From Promethearchaeota archaeon (lineage in GTDB: Archaea > Asgardarchaeota > Lokiarchaeia > Sigyniarchaeales > SOKP01): a DNA stretch of 23,672 nt. A program made the position numbers and the translations under genes. Location: positions 1-23,672 of the forward strand of contig JBHLMQ010000047.1 of the NCBI GenBank assembly GCA_048938005.1. The letters run 5' to 3'. Numbering within the stretch: the stretch's first letter is position 1; every line of letters starts with the position of its first letter. Under the pieces are notes generated by a model that saw nothing but the letters and a program-made list of their open reading frames with translations, was not told the DNA's origin and ran no database searches. Positions 16,826 through 23,672 of the stretch are shown piece by piece.

Positions 16826-16832
16826 ATTTAAA

Positions 16833-18512
16833 ATGACGGTTATATCAACTGAAAAAGTATTCGATTCACCTGATAGTGAGGTTGTACAGAAAAATTTAGT
16901 TGAAATCGCATATAAAAAAAAGAGCTTGTGGAAAACAATAGCAAAGAACGAGATAAGGCTTAGAACAAGCAGTTTCCGAAACCATCGGAAATTATTCTTC
17001 ATTATATTATATTCTTTGTTATTCTTGTGGGCATTCATAATCAGTCCCTTTCTATTCGATTTATTTATGCCGACTTTAGCAATGCAATTCTCCAGCGTTT
17101 TCAAACCTGTTGTTGCAATAATTATCGAATCTCTCATGATGATGTTGTTTTTAATACTTGTGATGTACCCTTTAAACAATGTATATAAGGAAAACGAAGT
17201 TGGATCTAAAGAAACATTGCTAGCAACTCCAGTTAAGGCAAATGATATCTTTTTAGGCGAATTTTTAGGTAAATCTCCGATTTATACGATGGCAGTTTTA
17301 ATATTAGCCCCAATTGTCGTAGGGATGATAAATCCTATTATTGATTTGACTTTTATCCAATACATCGTTATATATGGATCTGTTTTTGGCCTCGTATATT
17401 TTGCTAATCTACTTGGCTCGATTATTGCAAGTTGGCTCGAACATAAAATTTCTAAAAATGAAAAAGCAAGAGACTTAGGAAAGGCTTTGATATGGGTATT
17501 TACGATTGTTTTAGTTGTTATAATGTATGCTGCAATGTTTTTCCTTAATTATTTATTGGAACATCCTGAACTCAAAAACTGGTTGGCATTTTATCCATCT
17601 CTATGGTTTTCAAATATTATATTGTACTTTATAGATCCGATTTTACTAAACACATTCCTATTAAATATATGGATAAGCGTTCTATTAGCCGTTGTTGTCC
17701 CAATTATTACTTTATATGTTTCATTTAAAAAAGCTGAATCGTTTTATACTTTTGAAGGAGGTATCGAAAAGGGCAATGTTACGATCATCAAACATGAAAA
17801 TCCATTTTATGAGCTCGTAAGAAAAATTTCTGGTCGTAAGTGGGGGAATTTAATTGTTCTTCAACTAAAGAGGTTTCTCAGAAAAAAGGCGAATATTGCC
17901 AGAGTTGCCTATGTAGTAGGGCTTCTAGGATTTATGAGTTGGTTTATTACAAGCATGGATAAGGATACATTCATGACGGTTTTCAGCTCCACATTATTAA
18001 TTGCTATAGGAGGGGGGATAGGAAGTATAATTGTAGGACATCTTGCATTTGTTGATTCAAAAGATCTAATATGGGTCTATAAGCGATCTCCAAGGGGAAT
18101 AAAAGCAATTGTATACTCTTATCTGCTAATGATGTTAATATTCAATATTTTCTTAGCAATATTCGTTACTACCATGCTTACACTATTCTCGAATATTGAT
18201 CTTCTTAATATTGTGATTTTCTTTGTTGAATTTTTATTATTTTCTCAGATATCAATGTGTCAAGCCATGGGACTACAATGTTTTTCTCCAGCTTTCGGAG
18301 AGAAAGATTCAAGCATGAAAGGAAATATGATGATATCAATGTTACTTTTACAACCATTAATGTTTTTACCAATAGGATTGGTGATCTTCTTTAAACCTCA
18401 TAGCATTGAATTAATGAGATTAGTCTTACAAGGTCCTATGTTTCTATACAATACAGCTGTAAGCCTTCCACTATTATATGTTGGTATGAAAAAATTGAAT
18501 AAGCTGGAGTAA
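16833..18512 (+). CDS. Large ABC exporter permease (about 12-14 TM, 559 aa)
   Basis: Multi-TM protein directly after the ATPase. 'ETLLATPV...DIFLGEF' ABC-2-type motif. GAGGT SD at 16819-16823 favours ATG 16833 over 16749. Confidence 0.85.
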   Translation: MTVISTEKVFDSPDSEVVQKNLVEIAYKKKSLWKTIAKNEIRLRTSSFRNHRKLFFIILYSLLFLWAFIISPFLFDLFMPTLAMQFSSVFKPVVAIIIESLMMMLFLILVMYPLNNVYKENEVGSKETLLATPVKANDIFLGEFLGKSPIYTMAVLILAPIVVGMINPIIDLTFIQYIVIYGSVFGLVYFANLLGSIIASWLEHKISKNEKARDLGKALIWVFTIVLVVIMYAAMFFLNYLLEHPELKNWLAFYPSLWFSNIILYFIDPILLNTFLLNIWISVLLAVVVPIITLYVSFKKAESFYTFEGGIEKGNVTIIKHENPFYELVRKISGRKWGNLIVLQLKRFLRKKANIARVAYVVGLLGFMSWFITSMDKDTFMTVFSSTLLIAIGGGIGSIIVGHLAFVDSKDLIWVYKRSPRGIKAIVYSYLLMMLIFNIFLAIFVTTMLTLFSNIDLLNIVIFFVEFLLFSQISMCQAMGLQCFSPAFGEKDSSMKGNMMISMLLLQPLMFLPIGLVIFFKPHSIELMRLVLQGPMFLYNTAVSLPLLYVGMKKLNKLE

Positions 18513-18530
18513 AATTATAACTGAATAATT

Positions 18531-18544
18531 TCCCCTTTTTTTTT
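18531..18544 (+). terminator. Archaeal pyrimidine/T-tract terminator
   Basis: TCCCC followed by T9, about 20 nt after the permease stop. Confidence 0.5.
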
Positions 18545-18593
18545 AATTATCAATTAAGAAATAAAAACAAATAAATCAAAGGAGGAGAAAATA

Positions 18594-18728
18594 ATGAAAA
18601 AGATATTACTTTTAAGAATCATATTGATCATTTTATTTATATATTCTTATAGTGGGCCTTATGATGTAATTAAACAATATATCATAGGGTTTAATACTAA
18701 GGTGAATAAAAATAACAGAAAAGATTGA
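18594..18728 (+). CDS. 44-aa small protein with N-terminal signal/TM segment
   Basis: Strong AAGGAGG SD, then MKKILLLRIILIILFIYSYSGPYDVIKQYIIGFNTKVNKNNRKD*. Overlaps the next gene by 17 nt. Confidence 0.4.
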   Translation: MKKILLLRIILIILFIYSYSGPYDVIKQYIIGFNTKVNKNNRKD

Positions 18729-19344
18729 TTTAAAGGAAATCGAGAAAAAGACATGGAAATCTACACTTGAAGATGGAATCTTAGATATTTATTTTGGACT
18801 ATTGATTTTAAGTATTGGTATTGGTATTACTCTTGGTAAAATATTACCTGAACTTTTAACTGGTACAATATCAATAACTTTTATGATAATTGGATTTATT
18901 TTCTTTTTATTAGGAAAAAAATATATTACCCAACCTCGTTTAGGTGTAGTAAAACTAGGAATTAAGCAAAAGTCTCGTAAATTGAAAACGGTTATAGTAT
19001 TATCGATTAATTTAGTACTTCTGTTAATTATTTATATTTTTCGTTTTCTAAACCCAGAATTCAGATTTCCAGTTTATTTAGATGGATTATTCACTGGATT
19101 ACTATTTGTAACAGTTCCATTATGTTTTGCAGCTTATTTCTTACAGTATCCTAGATTGTATTTTACAGCAATATTGGGAGGAATAAGTTTCTTTCTATCA
19201 GATATATTTTCAATTTTTATCCCAGAACCTTTGGACGCATTAACAGCATTTTTTCTTGTTAGTGGCGCGATTATCACCGTAGGGATCGTAGCTTTAATTA
19301 AATTTATTCGGAAATATTCATTAGCTAAGGAGGAGATGACTTAA
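18712..19344 (+). CDS. Uncharacterised ~6-TM membrane protein, paralog 1 (210 aa, predicted ATA start)
   Basis: ATA-ACA-GAA-AAG-ATT-GAT-TTA-AAG gives (M)TEKIDLKEIEKKTWKSTLEDGILDIYFGLL, aligning with MSESIDLKALEKKAYRSVFNDGLWDLFIGLI of paralog 3. GGTGA SD at 18701-18705. In-frame TGA 18703-18705 caps the frame. Confidence 0.85.
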   Translation: MTEKIDLKEIEKKTWKSTLEDGILDIYFGLLILSIGIGITLGKILPELLTGTISITFMIIGFIFFLLGKKYITQPRLGVVKLGIKQKSRKLKTVIVLSINLVLLLIIYIFRFLNPEFRFPVYLDGLFTGLLFVTVPLCFAAYFLQYPRLYFTAILGGISFFLSDIFSIFIPEPLDALTAFFLVSGAIITVGIVALIKFIRKYSLAKEEMT

Positions 19345-19347
19345 TAG

Positions 19348-19986
19348 ATGGTAAAAAATATTGATTTGAAGGGGATTGAGACAAATATTCTTAAGATCTC
19401 TCACCAACATGGTTTATTTGATTTAATAATTGGTTTTATGGTTACTGGAATGTCTTTCGGACCAATTTTTCGTGAGAGTTTACCTTCGCCATATAGATAT
19501 TTTTTGTGGCCCTTAATACTTGTTGTTATAGCATGTCTGCTGATTTTCATCATTTTTAAGTATGTTATTCAACCAAGAACAGGGATTTTTAAACCAGGAC
19601 CATCCCTAAAATCAACAGGAAAGAAGTTATTGATAGTCATAACTGTACAATTCATAATACATATAACATTTATAATTTTATTAGTAATTGGAATTAATTC
19701 CGGAATACACATAGAAGGAATTCTATTTATCCTAATTATAGGTTTATTTTTTATACCTTTATTCGTGATTTTAGCCTTTTTACTAAAATATCCACGGTTA
19801 TATCTTATTGGAATGCTTATTTGGTTAGCTATATTTATCAATGAGTTATTAAATAATTCTATAGATTATAGAATTCGATGGCTTTTTTCATATGGGATCA
19901 TAGGAAGTATTATTTTTTTTATAGGATTAATAATTTTTATTCGATTTCTTAAAAAATATCCATTACCAAAAGAGGAGATGGCTTGA
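19348..19986 (+). CDS. Uncharacterised ~6-TM membrane protein, paralog 2
   Basis: Shared motifs IDLK.IE, GL.DL..G, KY.I.PR.G..K.G, YPRLY, F..FL.KYPL. Confidence 0.88.
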   Translation: MVKNIDLKGIETNILKISHQHGLFDLIIGFMVTGMSFGPIFRESLPSPYRYFLWPLILVVIACLLIFIIFKYVIQPRTGIFKPGPSLKSTGKKLLIVITVQFIIHITFIILLVIGINSGIHIEGILFILIIGLFFIPLFVILAFLLKYPRLYLIGMLIWLAIFINELLNNSIDYRIRWLFSYGIIGSIIFFIGLIIFIRFLKKYPLPKEEMA

Positions 19987-19989
19987 AAT

Positions 19990-20625
19990 ATGTCTGAAAG
20001 TATTGATTTAAAAGCACTTGAGAAAAAAGCATATAGATCTGTTTTTAACGATGGATTATGGGATTTATTTATTGGACTAATTATCTTAAGTTTGGGACTT
20101 AGTACATTGATTGGCTCATTTCTCAATTTATCAGAACTCTGGAATATAATTGTTCCGTCTTTGTTGTTGAATATTATGGCATTCCTGATATTTTATTTAG
20201 GTAAAAAGTTCATTACTATCCCTCGTATAGGTTTTGTTAAATTTGGTCCAAGACGTAAGTCAAAACAGCTAAAACTAAAAATATTTTTATTAATAGTATT
20301 CATTGTAAATATAATTCTATTCATTTTACCTTTCACAGGTTTAATTAAATATATTGAGATCGAACCTTTTATTTTAACTCTAATTCTAGGATTAGGAGGA
20401 TTTACTTTTCCTTTTTGTGTCGTAGCTTATTTTTTAGATTTTACGAGATTATATTTTTATGCTTTTTCAGCAGGTATCGGATATTTTTTAACAGAATTAC
20501 TATATCCAATTGTAGGTGCTCCTCTGGATATCATTATCATCTTTAGTACTATCGGAGGGATAATTGTTGTAATTGGTTTATATTATTTTATTCAATTCTT
20601 AAAAAAATACCCTTTATCAAAATAG
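19990..20625 (+). CDS. Uncharacterised ~6-TM membrane protein, paralog 3
   Basis: IDLKALEKKAY, DGLWDLFIG, KKFITIPRIGFVKFG, FTRLY, FLKKYPL. Confidence 0.88.
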   Translation: MSESIDLKALEKKAYRSVFNDGLWDLFIGLIILSLGLSTLIGSFLNLSELWNIIVPSLLLNIMAFLIFYLGKKFITIPRIGFVKFGPRRKSKQLKLKIFLLIVFIVNIILFILPFTGLIKYIEIEPFILTLILGLGGFTFPFCVVAYFLDFTRLYFYAFSAGIGYFLTELLYPIVGAPLDIIIIFSTIGGIIVVIGLYYFIQFLKKYPLSK

Positions 20626-20635
20626 GCACTGCTCA

Positions 20636-20971
20636 ATGACAAAAAAGAAATCAGAATCAGAAGATATTATCCAACCTCTCAGTGATATTGACAAGATCAT
20701 TCATGAGCCTGCAAGATTAATGATCATGTCATATTTATATGTTGTAGAGAGTGCTGATTTTGTTTTCTTAAGAAATCAAACTAATTTAACTGATGGTAAT
20801 CTCTCGTCACATTTAAGCAAACTCGAATCTGCTGGATATGTAGACATTGAGAAAAAATTTAAGGGCAAAAAACCTCAGACAATGCTGAAACTTAGTTCAA
20901 AAGGTAGGGCGGCTTTTGAGCTTTATCGAAAAAAAATGGAGCAAGTATTAAGTGGATTAAGTGAGAAATAA
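20636..20971 (+). CDS. Winged-helix transcriptional regulator (HTH_34, ArsR/MarR-like)
   Basis: 'DKIIHEPARLMIMSYL', 'LTDGNLSSHLSKLESAGYV', 'KPQT...LSSKGRAAF..Y'. Confidence 0.92.
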   Translation: MTKKKSESEDIIQPLSDIDKIIHEPARLMIMSYLYVVESADFVFLRNQTNLTDGNLSSHLSKLESAGYVDIEKKFKGKKPQTMLKLSSKGRAAFELYRKKMEQVLSGLSEK

Positions 20972-21050
20972 TATTTTAAAAACTAGGCTTCTATATGATA
21001 AAAGTAATTTTGAAGATAATTTTCTAAAATAATGTAGTATTTAAATTAAA

Positions 21051-21764
21051 ATGGATATTGAAAAAATCTGGAAAGAAAGTGATTGGCCCACTCAAGCACG
21101 TCATATAATCGATGGCCTTAAAAAATTTCCAGAAAATTCAAAAATAATTCTGATTTTAAGACATTCTCAAAGAGATGAGCCACAAAATTTTGAAGGATTA
21201 CTTAAATTAAGATTAACAGCAGAAGGGCATGCAATTGCAAGAAAATTTGGTGAAAAATTACCCAAAGATCGACCTATTCGCTTATTTCACAGCATAGTTT
21301 GGCGTTGTCAAGAGACTGCAGAAAATATTTTATTAGGATTCGAAAGTATTGGAGGAAAAGGAAAAATGAAAGGAACTTTTGGACCTTTATTTAATTTAGA
21401 GACATCTCGAGACTTTTTTCCAAATCAATTAAAAACATTTAATGAGTATCAATTTTTTTATCGATGGGTAGCAGGTCTTTATCCTCCAGACAAGATAACC
21501 CCTTTACAAAAATTTTGTCAATATGCGGCTGAACTTATTTGGAGAGAATTTGAGAGAGTTCCTGAAAGAAACATTGATATTCATGTTACCCACGACTTTT
21601 TTGTAATTGCGTTAAAGTTTGGATGGTTTGGAATTCCTCCTGATAAGAAATGGGTTTCATTTCTAGGAGGTTTTGCTTTTACTTTAGTAGATAATGATAT
21701 TTTACTTTTGGAATCTAATAAATTGATATCTTTAGAAACTCCATATTGGTGGAAGAAATCTTAA
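21051..21764 (+). CDS. Histidine phosphatase (phosphoglycerate mutase-like) family protein
   Basis: 'ILRHSQR' (RHG-like), 'LTAEG', 'S..WRCQETA', 'HVTHD'. Confidence 0.85.
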   Translation: MDIEKIWKESDWPTQARHIIDGLKKFPENSKIILILRHSQRDEPQNFEGLLKLRLTAEGHAIARKFGEKLPKDRPIRLFHSIVWRCQETAENILLGFESIGGKGKMKGTFGPLFNLETSRDFFPNQLKTFNEYQFFYRWVAGLYPPDKITPLQKFCQYAAELIWREFERVPERNIDIHVTHDFFVIALKFGWFGIPPDKKWVSFLGGFAFTLVDNDILLLESNKLISLETPYWWKKS

Positions 21765-21842
21765 TTTGCTGTAATTTGAAGTAAAATTATTAAATCAATC
21801 AAAAATTAAATTAAATATTCAAAATCAAAGGAGATTCAACTA

Positions 21843-22811
21843 ATGGCAGAGACTCCAAAGAGGATACTAAAATATAGAAACCTATTAATCATATATCTAT
21901 GTTATATTATATTTTGGATAATTATGATTAGTATTTTAAGAGTTTTATTTAAACCTGCAGTTACAATTGCATTAACTCGCTTCCTCCCTCTAAATGATAT
22001 ACTTTTAGAGCTCGGATTAATATTCATTATAATCCTCCCTCTTTCTGCTTTAATTGGATTAATTATTGGAGGTTATCTCATAACTCCGATTATTTTATAC
22101 TTTCATAAAAGGATCTATAGTTCTAAAAGATTTTACGGTATTCAACTTGAACCAAATTCAGACAAATCAAAGTTATTCTCAAAAAGTTTTTTTCCCGTGT
22201 TAATGGCTATTAACCTTTCTTCTATTTTACTCACTCCCGCTGTAGTAGAATTTATCTTATCAACTGATGTAATTATAGAATTTAATGATATCTCTAAAAT
22301 TCCTACCCTAACACGATTTTTCACAGAAATAATCTTACTTATGGTTACATTGGGATTGGCAACGATGTTTTTCTCCTCAGTTTGGTTCCTAAAAGATTCA
22401 GGAATTATTTATTCTAATAAAAAAAGAATTGTAGATTCCAATGAACTAATTGAATTACGTTCTATTGGAGATTGGTATCAAACTATTCTCCGAAGTTATG
22501 CGGGGATTGCTGCCATAATTACTTACATACTAGTCGTATATGATTTTGTTACGAGATATATTGAGAATTTTGGTGCTCCCGGAAATGTTTTTAATATTCC
22601 AAGTCTTATCTTATGGCTGGGATTGCCTTTTTATTTAGCTATTTCTCTAATCCCTGCTCTGATTGTTAATGATTCAATTAAAAAAAAGAGAATAAATTTC
22701 GTCAGGAAAGTTAGCAAACGAATTGGAATTAAAGATACCGCTGTAATTTCGCTTGAATTTAGAAAAGAAACAGCAGATTCTGATGAAATTACTAATTCTT
22801 TAGAGAGATAG
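21843..22811 (+). CDS. Hypothetical multi-pass membrane protein
   Basis: 322-aa ORF with AAGGAG SD and about 6 hydrophobic helices. No family recognised. Confidence 0.8.
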   Translation: MAETPKRILKYRNLLIIYLCYIIFWIIMISILRVLFKPAVTIALTRFLPLNDILLELGLIFIIILPLSALIGLIIGGYLITPIILYFHKRIYSSKRFYGIQLEPNSDKSKLFSKSFFPVLMAINLSSILLTPAVVEFILSTDVIIEFNDISKIPTLTRFFTEIILLMVTLGLATMFFSSVWFLKDSGIIYSNKKRIVDSNELIELRSIGDWYQTILRSYAGIAAIITYILVVYDFVTRYIENFGAPGNVFNIPSLILWLGLPFYLAISLIPALIVNDSIKKKRINFVRKVSKRIGIKDTAVISLEFRKETADSDEITNSLER

Positions 22812-22870
22812 TGATAAATTTAGATTTTAACTTAAAAATATTTGATAAAAACATTAAAGGAGAAAAAAAT

Positions 22871-23328
22871 ATGACCTATATATATGAAGTAAAAGAGCAA
22901 GATGCTCAACTTACCCTTTAAATCCGAATAATAAAATCTTTTCAGGAGTTACCTCAATTATTTGGAAAATCTTATGGTGCGATTGCTCAATATCTTGGAG
23001 AATCAGGAACGTACCCCACTGGACCTCCTTTTGCTGTTTATCATAATATGGACATGCAAAATTTAGATTTTGAAATCGGATACCCCGTTTCTAAAAAACT
23101 CTCTGATAAAGGAGATATTAAAGCGAGTGAAATTCCATCTGAGAAGTTTGCTTCATGGCTCTATACATGACCTTATAACAAAATTGAACCTGCTTATAAT
23201 GTACTTTCCCATTGGATCAAGGATAATGGATACGAAGCATTCAGAATTACATATGACGTTCATTTAAATGATCGCAGTTAAACTTCACTGATGAGCTGCA
23301 AACAGTAATAAGTTTCCTACTTAAATAG
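22871..23328 (+). pseudogene. GyrI-like (AraC effector-binding) small-molecule-binding protein pseudogene
   Basis: AAGGAG SD and ATG 22871: MTYIYEVKEQDAQLTL*IRIIKSFQELPQLFGKSYGAIAQYLGESGTYPTGPPFAVYHNMDMQNLDFEIGYPVSKKLSDKGDIKASEIPSEKFASWLYT*PYNKIEPAYNVLSHWIKDNGYE...HLNDRS*TS / DELQTVISFLLK*. Stops at 22919, 23168 and 23279, plus a frameshift near 23288. Confidence 0.85.
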
Positions 23329-23671
23329 TAACTAAATCCTTGCTAACCTTCTCTTTTTTTTTTAACTTTTTTTTTATAGTAATGTATATTATTGATGCAA
23401 GACAACTTGCTAGATAAATCAAATATATATTTCCAAAAGAGATAACACCGGGTTCACTGATAGGAGCTTTCTCTTTATACTTTAACAAAAGGAAATCATC
23501 ACTCCCTGCTCCATAACTCTCAGTATAACCTCCGATTATGATATTATTGGAAGAATCTAATGTTATTCCTTTACCCGCTTCATTGTCAAAGCCTCCCATG
23601 GTAGTATTGGTTAAAAGATTGCCAGACGAATCAAATTTTGCTAAAAATACATCAAGAAATCCATGATTAAA
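23321..23671 (-). CDS. Beta-propeller (SBBP-type repeat) cell-surface protein with C-terminal TM plus basic sorting tail; 5'-truncated by window edge
   Basis: Frame open to the window end: DVFLAKFDSSGNLLTNTTMGGFDNEAGKGITLDSSNNIIIGGYTESYGAGSDDFLLLKY, then 'ISFG', a hydrophobic helix and KKKLKKK. Confidence 0.85.
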   Translation of the reverse strand, partial: FNHGFLDVFLAKFDSSGNLLTNTTMGGFDNEAGKGITLDSSNNIIIGGYTESYGAGSDDFLLLKYKEKAPISEPGVISFGNIYLIYLASCLASIIYITIKKKLKKKEKVSKDLVTI

Positions 23672-23672
23672 A

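Noticed and set aside
16749-16832. Permease start at 16749
   Set aside because: It would overlap the ATPase by 77 nt. ATG 16833 has a GAGGT SD and follows the ATPase stop by 7 nt.
18594-19344. Frameshifted single gene joining the 44-aa ORF to paralog 1
   Set aside because: The other two paralogs begin exactly at the position of ATA 18712, which has its own SD, so no N-terminal extension is needed.
23168-23170. In-frame TGA as selenocysteine or stop-codon recoding in the GyrI-like gene
   Set aside because: It falls at a conserved Gly (GGA to TGA), not a Cys. Two TAA stops and a frameshift are in the same gene, and TGA is a normal stop elsewhere in the window.
2367-23267. Short overlapping or antisense ORFs in the track (2367-2612, 3868-4062, 9883-10089, 10062-10295, 12441-12647, 13027-13248, 14050-14322, 16444-16728, 16736-17179, 19569-19841, 19866-20126, 22142-22324, 23070-23267)
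   Set aside because: All lie within well-supported genes or the pseudogene in another frame or strand and show no recognisable motifs. They are shadow ORFs.

Overview
AT-rich (roughly 28-30% GC by eye), gene-dense archaeal-style DNA, most consistent with Lokiarchaeia/Promethearchaeota (Asgard). This is inferred from BRE/TATA promoters, GGTGA/GGAGG Shine-Dalgarno sites, T-run terminators and a Loki-CTERM-like sorting tail. The window holds mixed accessory genes: MFS symporter (partial), RNase Z-like MBL hydrolase, QueG/RdhA-like 2x[4Fe-4S] protein, orphan AbiEi-like protein, a basic protein with three 59-aa repeats, ICMT-family and SAM methyltransferases, haloalkane dehalogenase, Old Yellow Enzyme, GH3 beta-glucosidase, SDR, O-methyltransferase, a 7-blade WD40 protein, a Zn-ribbon/HEPN-like protein, histidine phosphatase and a beta-propeller surface protein (partial). 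Highlights not shown by the ORF track: (i) a ~5.2 kb module with a palindromic operator and TATA box, a structured/repetitive leader, an ABC exporter, a small ORF, three tandem paralogous membrane proteins and a winged-helix regulator; (ii) two intact genes whose only credible starts are ATC and ATA behind GGTGA SD sites; (iii) a GyrI-like pseudogene and several probable gene remnants in 'intergenic' DNA. No rRNA, tRNA, CRISPR array or transposase was recognised.
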